62,422 nucleotides of DNA from a virus (taxonomy: Duplodnaviria; Caudoviricetes). This document shows positions 39,701 to 48,635 of the stretch, one piece after another. A program made the translations under genes and the position numbers. The stretch is from IMG/VR virus record IMGVR_UViG_3300026167_000001, positions 1 through 62,422 of that record; one strand, given 5' to 3'. How positions within the stretch are numbered: the first letter of the stretch is position 1; each line of letters begins with the position of its first letter. The notes below the pieces were generated by a model that saw only the letters and a program-made list of their open reading frames with translations, was not told the origin of the DNA and ran no database searches.

Positions 39701-42700
39701 CGGACCTAATACTGTAGAAGACATTTCTTCAGGTTTAGTAAGAATATAAGCTTGCGCTATCTCATCTATTACCTTTTCATCAGTAAATACGTCTTTACCA
39801 GTTAATGTCTTTTTACCAACTTTAATTACTTGGCCTTTAGACATTTTAACTAGAGAACTTTTATCTGAAAATAAATTAGCTACATCTTTTAATACAAATT
39901 CTGAAAAAGCCTCTTCCCTAGTCTGAACACCCTTTTTAGATGCTAATATTGTATTAAGTACTGTATTATCTAATGGTATTGCTAATTCATTAAATATATC
40001 TATTAAGTTATTAAAATGCTTATCAAAGTTTTCAATAGTACCCCTTTTACCATAAGCTCTGGCATCCGGTAAGATGTCTTTAAATCTATCAGATAAATTT
40101 TGTATTTTTTCTTCAGATAGTTTTCTGTACTTACCTTCAAACATATTACTATCATAGAATATTTCATTCCATTCCCTTACTAACTTCTTAGATACCTTTT
40201 GAACATCAGTACTCTGAAAATTAAATACCGGCTTGCTATCGACTAATTCATAAGTTATATCTATAAATTTGTGTTTAGCAGACTTTAAACTCACTTCAAA
40301 TTGAGTTCTAAGTAATTCACCTTCTTCCGATAATCTTTTGTATAATGTTTTATAAGGCGCATAATTTTCACCCATTTTATTTAAAAAATCCATCATTTCA
40401 TACGCATCTTCAAAATTATGAAGATCATTTAGAAGTCTATTAAATGTCGGATTAAAATCTACAAAGGAAAACATTCCTGTAAAATCATCCCTACCTTCTG
40501 GTAAAGTCATTACCATTAATTTAACAGCTGATAAAATATTATCTTTAATATCTGTTTCATATGGTGCTTCATCATATCTAACTAAATCTAGACCTTTGTC
40601 TAAATCATCTAATTCATCTAAATTTTTATATACTTTTAATTGTGTTAAATAACTTTCAGACAGTCTAACAAATTCATCAAAATTATCTAATATGGCATCA
40701 AATACTTCTACTTTACTAGTATTACCCTCTGCTTCAAATGCTCCACGTAATTCAGCTATTTTAGATTTTACATTGCTATATTTAATATTAGATAAATCGG
40801 TTAACGTATGAACATTATTTAAAGCAAATGACAAATATACAATATTTTTAGTAATAGATCTTATTTGCTCTGCCGTAAAATTAGTAGTGTCTCTAAGAAA
40901 TGTTATACCATCTTTTCTATATAAATCAGAATCATACTTTGGTTTAGCATTTTTAAATTCACCTTTATTTATAGCTTCAAATACTTTTTCTATTTCAGTA
41001 TCTGATAATATATCAAATTCAGATTTATTAAACCACTTAATCAAATTATTCCATAAATCCTTAAAGAAGTCTGCTATTTTTTTGGGTAAACTACGTTCAG
41101 CTTTTGCTTTATTTTCAGTTAAAACATAATTTCTAAATTCTTCAGCTAATTTCTCTTCAACTTGTCTATCTGAAGCATTCTTTAAATTATAACGTTTTCT
41201 AGCAGGATTATATAATGATTGCCTTTGTTCTTCAGTTAAATAACCTAATGATACTCTGTGAAAAGCTTCATGATATAAAGTACCCTCTTCTGCTACATTA
41301 GATAATAATATAGCATCTTTAGTCAATGCGCCAAACCCTACTTTACCGTTTATATTGATTAAACCATCAACTAATTGTACAGAATCGTCAGAAAGCCGCT
41401 TTTTAAGCCATTTAAGCTCTTTTTTAGTATCCGCTAGTGTATAACGTTTACCAGCTAGTGAACGTTCCCTAAATGGGCTTAATTCATCTAATATGTCGTC
41501 TGAAGACTTTTTAGAGTCTTCCTTAGGCTTTTCTTCTGCAATTTCAGGTTTTATCCTAGGAGTATCTTCAGCTCTAGTTTTATAATTGTAAGGATTCATT
41601 ACAACTACAGGAGCATGAAATGGTAATCCTGGAGTTAAATCTGTTTTAATAAGACCGTTGCTTATTACAAATGAATCATATAATTGACCGCGTTTACCTT
41701 TAAGACTGCCTATTTTAAAGTCTTTCTTAATCGGGCGTGCCAATTTTTTACCTACTATGACATAATTTTTTCTAGTAGTTGCCCATGTAATAAATTGTTC
41801 TATGTCCTTATCTGTACGTTTTTTAGGATCTATAGCCAATTTACCGTTCTTACCAAAATAAATTACTTTATTTTTTACATATAGTTGCTTATCTAATAAA
41901 TAAGGTATAGGAGTTTCTTTATTATCTTGCCTAGTAAAATTCTCACCTTCTAATACAAGTAACTGTATTACTTCACCAACCGTTAAGTTTTCAACTTCAT
42001 CTCCTGGATATACTGTACTTCTACCACCTTTTGAATCATATGCTACTATTAATGCTTTTAATAATATTTTAGCATGCTCCCTAGATAATTTAGTAGGATT
42101 AAGCATAACTGGGAAAAGCTCCCCATTACAAGTTTCTTTAGTTGCATAAAATATAGAACCTGGACTAGGGGCACCTATTGAAGGAATTACATTATCAGTA
42201 CCATCAACTATAGTACTTGTATTATTAGAAATAGATAAACGCATATCCTTCAAAGGTTCTTTGAATACAGCCGTTAGTTTAGAATTTCTATTAGGATCTG
42301 ATGGAGATACCGTATTAGGATGGCCCATTGTTTTACTTAAATCCTCTATACGTAATTTTTTACCTTTAAATAAGTCTTTTAGCAATCTTCGCCTAACACC
42401 TCTAGCTTCTATCCATAATTCACGTTTATATTTTATTATGGCATCTTCTCCTTGTTCAGCTATTTTCTTAGGTATTCGTACATTCCACCAATTAGATACA
42501 TGATAATATAAAGGTTTGCCAGGAACTTTATTTCCCTCAGCATCTTTCATTACCATTCTAATAGGCAATATATCTACTAAATAACCAAATTCTGTATCAC
42601 TACCTGCTTCTAATAAAGAATCTAGTTCTTCATCAGTTAAATTACCCTCTTGAATACGCTTCATTTCCTTAGGATATTTTTTCCAAGGGTCTTTCTCAGT

Positions 42701-45700
42701 CTGTGTTTCTGGATAAGTTAAATCTGATGCGAAAGTTACTTCTAAATATTTACCCTTTAAACTATTTTCAGGTTTAGATACCCATTCATCAAATTCTGAA
42801 TTCTCTTCATACTGATAAGATACAGCATCTGCAACTGCCCGCAATCCACTTTCAGGTAATGTAGCATCTGGTTGTTTAACTCCGGATATTTTTAATTCGC
42901 CTTTACTAACTGGATCTAATCCTTCTAAAGTATCTTTAGGCCTATCTTGCCTACCAGGTGTAGTATCATCAAAAGTCTCTTCTGCTTGTCTTTCAGAAGC
43001 ATCTTCTGCTTTATCTTCTAATATATCAGATTGTTCCTTAGGTGATTCTATGCCCTGTTCATCTGTTTCTTGCGCCTCTTTTGCTCGTTTTGTTTCAGAG
43101 CTTGGTACTTCTGCTGCGGACTTAGATTCATTAATTTCCGCTGGAGTTGCGGATTCAATAATGTCATTAATTGAGTTAAGTTCATCTTTTAATTCTTTTT
43201 TATTAAGTTTATCACCTTGAAAGTCTAAAGTTTTAACTAAATCAGCAAAATTTGCTAAATTATCATTTAATTCCTTATGAAATACTTCTAATATTCTGTC
43301 ATTAAGTGTCTTAAAGTAACCTTTGCCTGTTTCAGGATTAATAACACGCCACATGCCATCTATATTATATACAGCATATCGTTTACCTGTATTAGATTCT
43401 GGGTCTTTTACATAAATAAAATCTTCATTGCCTTCTTTAATAATACCTAATACGTTATTCCTAAGTTCTTCAATCGTATAAATAGCATTAGCTAAGTCAT
43501 ATACTAACAAAGGATTGGTTATAGACACCAACTTATTATCGTTGTTACGCAATCTAATTTCTACAGGGTTACCATTTTTATCCTCTACTATAGCATCAGT
43601 AGGAATGTAATTAGTATTTTTAAGTTCAGTACCATTAACTGATAATTTATTATGCTCTACTACTTGTACATCAAATGCAAAATTCTTAAATACCCTTATA
43701 CCATTTTCTTTAAGGGTGCCAGACAATTCGCCTAATTTGACCTTATTACCATTAATATCTGTAAATATAATATTTTCATCTGTACGACTTAATTCACCTA
43801 CTTTACCATTATATATAATCGGTATAAAATCTATTAATATATAGTCCTCTAATAAATCTGATATAGACATTTCATCATATTGAGGATCACCATATTCTTC
43901 TAACAGTAATTCATTTACAGCATCTGTACTTAGCCCTTCTTCAGTAGTAGATAGTATTTCTTTTATTCTATCTTTTATAATAGATTTATAAGATTCTTTT
44001 CTATTAGATCTATTCTCTACTTCAGTTTCTACATCATCTATAGTACCCTGTTTTAAAGTAGTTAATTTTTTAAACTCTTCAAATTCTTCAGTACTCATAG
44101 GAATTTCATAATCAGTAGCTACACTTTTAACTATATGCAGATCATCTTTTTTACCGGTGTATTCAAATTCGTCACCTTTTTCGTCTACATAAACATTACC
44201 TAACGGCTCTATATCACCAGTTTCGACATCTTCTGTAGAAAATCCCCTATCTTGAAATTCTGTTGAAGAAAGTACCTCTAACTCACCCGTCTCTAAATCT
44301 CGTACTCTATGCTTTTTATTTCTATAGCCTATATAATTATATCGTTTACCTTCTCTATCTGTAAGTATAGATGGCTCTGTTTCAGCTTTTGGTTTTTCAG
44401 GCTCTTCTTCTGTAGGTATTTCTGTAGTAGATTCTTTATCTTTTTCAGATTTATCTTTCAACTTTTGATCAAGCTTATCTATTTCGGATTTATAAGCTGC
44501 ATAACCTTCTTTTTGTTTTTTTGGACTTACAATATCTTTAAATCTATCTTGAGATTCAGAAATAAGTGTATTAACATCTTCTAAAACCTTGTTAAGCTTT
44601 TTAAGTCTATCTTGATTTAATTTAAAATCTCTAGTATCAGATGTTTCTATTTCAGCTATTTCTGCTTCTAAGTCATTCTTTTTATCAGCCCAAAAATTTT
44701 GATTAACAGCCTCCATGAAAGAACTAATAAGAAGTCTGTTTTTAAATTGATTAGATGTTTTAGTGCCGTCTTCGAATTCAGGAAATGCTAAATAATTATT
44801 TGCTATAGAATCATATATTTTTTTATATAAATCTGCTCTATTTTTGTATTTAAATTTTAAATCATCTACAGTATCTTTATCTAAATAATTGCCTGTTCTT
44901 TCTAAATCTTCTACTTCTTGTTGAGCATATAAATCTATTTGATTTTTAAGATGCTTAAGGCCATCTTCCTGCGAAAGGAAATTTAAAGCTAAACTAGCAA
45001 ATCTCTCTTCCCTTAAAAATTCAAACATTGTCTCATTACCAGCTTCTGCTGCAGCAATTGAGTACCCAATATTAGATAAAGTGTTTATAGTACTATTAAA
45101 TGCCTGTTCTATTTTTCCGTAATCTAATTTAGGCGTTGGTCTATCTTGTGTTTCATCTAATACTACAGCACCAGTTTTAGAGTCTCGTTCATAAAAATCT
45201 TGTATTTGATTTTCATAACCTGCCAAAGTTAGCCCCATAATAGTTTGTGTAGAACGTAACCCAGCTCTTTCTGCTTTAGCTTTTTTAACACCGCCATAAC
45301 CACCTGGTATAAGACCTATTAATGAACCTAATACAATAGATTTTTGACCTTCATCAGTGAATAAGTTATTAAACATATTACCTACTATCCCAGTAAGTCT
45401 ATCCCTATCTTCTTTACCTAAAGCTAATTTTTCTTCATAATCTGCTGCGGCTAATTGGATATTTTCTTCCCATAGACCTTCTGAGGCCATTGATAATCCA
45501 GCTTTTTTAGCAAAAATTCCAGCTAAATCTTTTGTAGATAAATCTTTTAATTCTTCTTTTATTAATTTACCGTCTTTAAATATACCTGATAAATTAGATC
45601 TAGAAGATTTAAAGGGCTTAAAAAACATACTATTGGTAATCATATTAGGAACCATTAAAGCTCCTACATTAGTCCAAAAAGTATTCATAGCAGATTTAGA

Positions 45701-46570
45701 AGCTTCTTCATTAGAAAGGCCTTTAGCCATTAAACTTTTTTTAACTTCTGATGCTTCAATACCTGCCTCACCAACAGAATTAAATAAAGACATTGTAGCA
45801 ATATCTAAATTGGTAACTAGCCCTCTTATATTTTTAGTAGCTGGATTTATAACATTACCTGTTTTAACTGCCTTATTAAGTTTTGAAAATGTTTTAGATA
45901 CTTTAGATAATGCGCCAATTCCTCTCATAGCAGCTCCTACACCTGCAGACATTAAATAAGCAGATGCTAAAAAAGCCACACCATCTACCATATCATCCAT
46001 CCAAAATCCAAATGTAGACATTTGCTGTAAGATATTACCTTCTAAATATTTTCTAGTGTGGTGTATAGGTAAATTTTCTTTTATTATATCTTCTTCTATA
46101 TTAGAAAAAACTTCTGATATAGCATTATCTAACATATTATCCCAATTGCCTGATAATAGACCTTCTGGAAAAGATCCTATATATCCAGCCATAGTACCTA
46201 ATTTAGTAATAGTAGTACCGGCAAGTCTTAAAGCACCATTTCCTAATTGCTGACCTACTGATTGCTGTTGGGCTTTATATTCTATAGGATCTTGCCATGG
46301 AAGATACCCTTCTAGATATTTATCATATTTTAACCCATGCATCATATTACCACCTTCGGCTATGTATACATTTTTAGAAGCTCCCTCATATAAATCAAAT
46401 TTTCCTACAGATTTATTTTTTTCTGCCAACAATCTATCGAACTCTCTATTTATCAATTCTTTAGATTTAGTACCTTCTGGCTGATCAAATACGTTTAATC
46501 CAGAAACATTTTGTTTTTTTAAAGCTATTGTATCTTCTAATTGCTTTAAATTACTATTTTTATTAGGCAT
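33722..46570 (-). CDS. giant virion-packaged RNA polymerase polyprotein (crAss-type double-psi beta-barrel RNAP + zincin domain)
   Basis: 4282 aa; GSDFDIDK (DFDID 37139-37153), YRIPTQ, TDPTDAQ, HEAFH (41258-41272) plus EEKLAEEF. Confidence 0.9.
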   Translation of the reverse strand: MPNKNSNLKQLEDTIALKKQNVSGLNVFDQPEGTKSKELINREFDRLLAEKNKSVGKFDLYEGASKNVYIAEGGNMMHGLKYDKYLEGYLPWQDPIEYKAQQQSVGQQLGNGALRLAGTTITKLGTMAGYIGSFPEGLLSGNWDNMLDNAISEVFSNIEEDIIKENLPIHHTRKYLEGNILQQMSTFGFWMDDMVDGVAFLASAYLMSAGVGAAMRGIGALSKVSKTFSKLNKAVKTGNVINPATKNIRGLVTNLDIATMSLFNSVGEAGIEASEVKKSLMAKGLSNEEASKSAMNTFWTNVGALMVPNMITNSMFFKPFKSSRSNLSGIFKDGKLIKEELKDLSTKDLAGIFAKKAGLSMASEGLWEENIQLAAADYEEKLALGKEDRDRLTGIVGNMFNNLFTDEGQKSIVLGSLIGLIPGGYGGVKKAKAERAGLRSTQTIMGLTLAGYENQIQDFYERDSKTGAVVLDETQDRPTPKLDYGKIEQAFNSTINTLSNIGYSIAAAEAGNETMFEFLREERFASLALNFLSQEDGLKHLKNQIDLYAQQEVEDLERTGNYLDKDTVDDLKFKYKNRADLYKKIYDSIANNYLAFPEFEDGTKTSNQFKNRLLISSFMEAVNQNFWADKKNDLEAEIAEIETSDTRDFKLNQDRLKKLNKVLEDVNTLISESQDRFKDIVSPKKQKEGYAAYKSEIDKLDQKLKDKSEKDKESTTEIPTEEEPEKPKAETEPSILTDREGKRYNYIGYRNKKHRVRDLETGELEVLSSTEFQDRGFSTEDVETGDIEPLGNVYVDEKGDEFEYTGKKDDLHIVKSVATDYEIPMSTEEFEEFKKLTTLKQGTIDDVETEVENRSNRKESYKSIIKDRIKEILSTTEEGLSTDAVNELLLEEYGDPQYDEMSISDLLEDYILIDFIPIIYNGKVGELSRTDENIIFTDINGNKVKLGELSGTLKENGIRVFKNFAFDVQVVEHNKLSVNGTELKNTNYIPTDAIVEDKNGNPVEIRLRNNDNKLVSITNPLLVYDLANAIYTIEELRNNVLGIIKEGNEDFIYVKDPESNTGKRYAVYNIDGMWRVINPETGKGYFKTLNDRILEVFHKELNDNLANFADLVKTLDFQGDKLNKKELKDELNSINDIIESATPAEINESKSAAEVPSSETKRAKEAQETDEQGIESPKEQSDILEDKAEDASERQAEETFDDTTPGRQDRPKDTLEGLDPVSKGELKISGVKQPDATLPESGLRAVADAVSYQYEENSEFDEWVSKPENSLKGKYLEVTFASDLTYPETQTEKDPWKKYPKEMKRIQEGNLTDEELDSLLEAGSDTEFGYLVDILPIRMVMKDAEGNKVPGKPLYYHVSNWWNVRIPKKIAEQGEDAIIKYKRELWIEARGVRRRLLKDLFKGKKLRIEDLSKTMGHPNTVSPSDPNRNSKLTAVFKEPLKDMRLSISNNTSTIVDGTDNVIPSIGAPSPGSIFYATKETCNGELFPVMLNPTKLSREHAKILLKALIVAYDSKGGRSTVYPGDEVENLTVGEVIQLLVLEGENFTRQDNKETPIPYLLDKQLYVKNKVIYFGKNGKLAIDPKKRTDKDIEQFITWATTRKNYVIVGKKLARPIKKDFKIGSLKGKRGQLYDSFVISNGLIKTDLTPGLPFHAPVVVMNPYNYKTRAEDTPRIKPEIAEEKPKEDSKKSSDDILDELSPFRERSLAGKRYTLADTKKELKWLKKRLSDDSVQLVDGLININGKVGFGALTKDAILLSNVAEEGTLYHEAFHRVSLGYLTEEQRQSLYNPARKRYNLKNASDRQVEEKLAEEFRNYVLTENKAKAERSLPKKIADFFKDLWNNLIKWFNKSEFDILSDTEIEKVFEAINKGEFKNAKPKYDSDLYRKDGITFLRDTTNFTAEQIRSITKNIVYLSFALNNVHTLTDLSNIKYSNVKSKIAELRGAFEAEGNTSKVEVFDAILDNFDEFVRLSESYLTQLKVYKNLDELDDLDKGLDLVRYDEAPYETDIKDNILSAVKLMVMTLPEGRDDFTGMFSFVDFNPTFNRLLNDLHNFEDAYEMMDFLNKMGENYAPYKTLYKRLSEEGELLRTQFEVSLKSAKHKFIDITYELVDSKPVFNFQSTDVQKVSKKLVREWNEIFYDSNMFEGKYRKLSEEKIQNLSDRFKDILPDARAYGKRGTIENFDKHFNNLIDIFNELAIPLDNTVLNTILASKKGVQTREEAFSEFVLKDVANLFSDKSSLVKMSKGQVIKVGKKTLTGKDVFTDEKVIDEIAQAYILTKPEEMSSTVLGPGGNAYYSYTQNTYVTDIIRELNSNPEKLDEMLSSVYSSKSYILNSLKISPTKRRNFGINTFSGFIQLNAADSGREYTSLNDIENILLKITAIQNGMLPMPTLADRRTYYLYKGVDPLSCDINVDDSGNISIDPNSEVVNVLMQYAEAENERIELAKEQIEAAFNNKGAIDTSRLVENFHYKISNNKGDAIYYEKMDRGLYKIFKYRNGKYAGNGTKFQHFKVFNGKEGFTKVREKIINALEGNIDNTISMVGKLGIINTGNNNSIVSNELLDSEKLKKLSKENYNGVTIAAIYKTLADYTANTIAAGIETEMIFSGDVAFYKGDTSKKINADKVKRISVATSTGTNTRTNFSEDHELYGKYTYNAATLNTDKIDSVYYNSLYERHLKYYVETEGLTEDVADKLVKKNLKNYRKTDPTDAQVYISPSMAKSLMIRWGEFTDEMSEAFDILESEEKPSVEDEKKALDLVMPVLKTVYFEIQYRDGLGVPIFDKMSMAPLFRRVVEGTDLERLADRMGARKKVDKDGNTLYDYTDKESIQAIKHDTAVKVGNMGRFNYYRDEFKTEITDFNERDLEYHPQKFKYLRKQLVTDPHLSEDTLFGTQVKKIIMSNIDKNATYKEGVSGQDLINTVMESVSALSEKGKERLLKKLGVTIEGGKLDSSKLLKMLREDARKSGMSDNIVRALIIEDGKIKLPFDALPERKWIYSRFISMINKHAVDLMLPGGSFIQMSNFGLKTVSDKNIDNFENKVDWFENGTNELKFYRTNEETGDTMPMECIVSINMFKHIIPNYSELSFEEKKKFVENNPEIIGYRIPTQGMNSVSYMKVVGLLPENVGDVIILPAEFTTLTGSDFDIDKLYAVRYNYDKTGKEITDVVKTPYLDDNNSTTEERARKYAEEILSDEIGEINKRISLRIREEAAQNEMTKSEIDELKLKIGELEEYIDLDYENEELWRDDLLDAKELKSALYDMMNDRNKTIRRIRDIREKAIDRIITRWVKQNLKDFSQRSLIEQNTSKAVENKLLDAYMIILRSKYSFINMTTPLDASTSMVEDISKYIRKLEGLEKELTPSLYELSPEYQEEVKRKYSGGKLGIGPFALNNVHHILGQIVGLGLKTNIQIGNVNSKRNTDLSGIKDSEGNYILDWLSALINAHVDIAKDPYIFDLNVNKRTYSITNLLIRSGVGEKTFYFLAQPILKELTYKAALKSGRLVTSKTNPGTAVRKKYEELFKNALYKENKKSRNIKLPDSLWDMETLINGIDNNTTKDAKYYKTQLKILELFQELDKQANYLNELVMASRTDTKGYGKNNAEMKAFTNTYDKVFDTNAIDGAFEIFNDTFLGTYYENSIGLSEQLFGGLTVTNTRAFKSVLSKVLELTGNKYTNDATLISYLEDEMFSMVSSQFFTGEDNGLGMDYKKVEKLFFSEKGLVNNIYELKVGKNELLDKYPELRRNRLIQTIQAEFSEETDVPDKLRVQNSSIKEKWDKEDLSRSWSDLIYHEDETVRKLGRGLVLYAFYSSGLSRNMYSFFEYMPTDYLEDIGFGEFFRQTLNNLNSEEGSVELSLMLDDLFKNAWIRHKASNESTKRLVPIVDSFEGISIDESFGEGKIFILSFIHNENSDLFRGYDEYNNPIYAPYFASTHTGETILYRYIGRNKNGDPIYRITSKKGYYKKGFAIKEYGLSKSIIKSNNIYTQLKGTNERIQEFLDNKVDEFTPVDISELKVVKNTLDNLEANNTQYRFVLNDKVSKEAMKEVDNNRKGERTKAEERIEIRDRLGNTVYNVLLQALEAEEYSNISNAEISAKLKSDDNIEVSANEIVNLREFLGLENISDIKATQGSFYTVKDLARDNKGRKVRIKYDTYKNSFEATVTGETEMVSIGGKQTNEGKWLEKIETRLPQFKTNTGKLVTAWPMEVEGLINDDIDIETDFDVLNEQQEESPFITDAETGHESIEPSWEAWLEALETAGNMPGISMQEFNELTKEEQQALIWETIYCPPF

Positions 46571-46589
46571 ATTAATAAATTAAATATTT

Positions 46590-48635
46590 TTATCTTCCTT
46601 CTTCTTCTAATACTGCATTTTTAAATTTAATCCAAGCATCTTCTATAGAATCTTTGGATCTAATATTTAAACCTGTATTACTAGATATTATATATTCAGT
46701 TACTTTATTACCATCAGATCCAATATTAACTTCCATTTTAGGAGTTACTTTTATATTATCTATTCCCAGATCAAAAGTAGTTCCTATACCATCATGGGCA
46801 TACTTATATGAAGATATTAAATGATCCTCAGCTTGTTCTTTTTCAGGATTACCCATATCTACATAATATTGCTTACCATTTATATTAACTGCCTCTAAAT
46901 CTGCTGCATAAGGATTATCAGCCGGCACTTCACCAGCATAAGTAACAGATATTTCAGAATTTTTAGGTAGCCCCAACTCATTAATTCTCATTGGAGTACT
47001 GCCTTTAGATGGGTCGTATATTTTTAAATCTGAAATTCTACCGCTTTTAATAATACCCTCATCATCTGTTATAATTGTAGTATTTCCACTTCCAGAGGAC
47101 TTTCCAAATAAAAATTCTGTTTTTTCTCCTAAATAATTATTAGTTTCTTCAATAGAACTAAATAAAGGTATAGCTGCTTCTGGAGCATATGGAATTTCAG
47201 AATAAAAATTTATTTGATAATCTATAAAAGATTCCCAAATATCTTTATTTAATCCCTCTTTTTCATATTGTTTAGACATTTCAGAATCATTAGAAAGCAT
47301 TATATTTAATGCATTTTTTTCTGAAGAATCTAGTTCATTAAGCTCTGGTACAGATTTTCTTAATTCTGCTTTAATTGGTGATGTAAGAGCTTTAGATAGC
47401 CTAGCAGCCATACCAGCGCCTGTAGCTGTTGGACTTTTAGAACCCAAAACAGAGAAAGATCCAAATGATATAGACAATGCATTTTCTAAATCAGCTATTT
47501 CTGATAATAATTCTCGATCTGACATATTTTCTATTCCCTTACTTTCCATAATTTGTGACCTTATAGAAGACATAGCGCCATCTATTAAATCACCCATTCC
47601 TGGTGATAAGCGAACTAACTTAGAAAAAGAGTCAAATAATCCACTTTCTTTATACATTTTTTCTAACTTTTTAGATTTTACAGTATCGCCTATTATACCA
47701 ACTTCTCTAAAATACCTTAAATAATCATTAGGATTTTCAAACTTTGATTTTCTACCGCCGCCTTTAATACCTTCTTCTGTTGTATAACCAGAATACTTAG
47801 GTATTAATTTAGAAGCTGCATCAATATATATAGCATTTTCCATATCTCTAAGACTGACTTCTTCTTTCAATTCTGGATCTAGATTATCATATTTAAATTG
47901 AGCATCTCTTCTTAATTGTTCTCCAGCATCACTCATATAAAAAGCAGTTGGAATACCATTCTTCAATCCATAACCATCCTCTGTAATATCAATACCTAAT
48001 ATGTTAGCCACTAATCTAGGATCTACACCTTCTCCACTTGTAGTTGATATCCACTCACCTGTGATTCTATCTTTCTTATAACCAGATGGCATGAAATTAT
48101 CAGAATATTCCTCTAATCTTTTTTGATAGTCTACATATTCTGGAACAGAAGGTTCTGACAACAATACCTCTTCACCATTTTCTGAAGCGAGCGCTGCATT
48201 TTGCAATTGTTTCATTAAAGGCCATCTATTTTGAATAGGAGCAGAATCATCATAAATTGCTTTTTTATACAGAGGTTCCATTTTTGCATTATGAGCAGCA
48301 GCTTTCCAAAAAGGATCTGATTTAATATCTTTTACTAATCGGCCTAATTCTAAATTAAATTCAGGTGATATAGTATCCATACCTGAAGAAGTTTTTTCTC
48401 TTAACTCGCCAAGTCTTGCTCTTGTTTCCTCTAGTTTTTGTTCGGCGGATTTTTCTTGAAAAGAAGCCCTAGGTAATGTTTCTGCAAATTCAGCTGTATC
48501 AGCTAAATTTTGAACATTCTGTTCATACTTATTTTGCATTAATCCTGTAGTAGCAGCCAGCTCTTTAAAAGGTAAAGGCTGATAAGTAGGCTGATATACA
48601 TGTTGCGTAGGTCTAAAATATTTACTGATTGCCAT
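46590..48635 (-). CDS. virion cargo / ejection protein
   Basis: 681 aa; YQPTYQPLPF start; position upstream of RNAP as in crAss-like phages. Confidence 0.6.
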   Translation of the reverse strand: MAISKYFRPTQHVYQPTYQPLPFKELAATTGLMQNKYEQNVQNLADTAEFAETLPRASFQEKSAEQKLEETRARLGELREKTSSGMDTISPEFNLELGRLVKDIKSDPFWKAAAHNAKMEPLYKKAIYDDSAPIQNRWPLMKQLQNAALASENGEEVLLSEPSVPEYVDYQKRLEEYSDNFMPSGYKKDRITGEWISTTSGEGVDPRLVANILGIDITEDGYGLKNGIPTAFYMSDAGEQLRRDAQFKYDNLDPELKEEVSLRDMENAIYIDAASKLIPKYSGYTTEEGIKGGGRKSKFENPNDYLRYFREVGIIGDTVKSKKLEKMYKESGLFDSFSKLVRLSPGMGDLIDGAMSSIRSQIMESKGIENMSDRELLSEIADLENALSISFGSFSVLGSKSPTATGAGMAARLSKALTSPIKAELRKSVPELNELDSSEKNALNIMLSNDSEMSKQYEKEGLNKDIWESFIDYQINFYSEIPYAPEAAIPLFSSIEETNNYLGEKTEFLFGKSSGSGNTTIITDDEGIIKSGRISDLKIYDPSKGSTPMRINELGLPKNSEISVTYAGEVPADNPYAADLEAVNINGKQYYVDMGNPEKEQAEDHLISSYKYAHDGIGTTFDLGIDNIKVTPKMEVNIGSDGNKVTEYIISSNTGLNIRSKDSIEDAWIKFKNAVLEEEGR

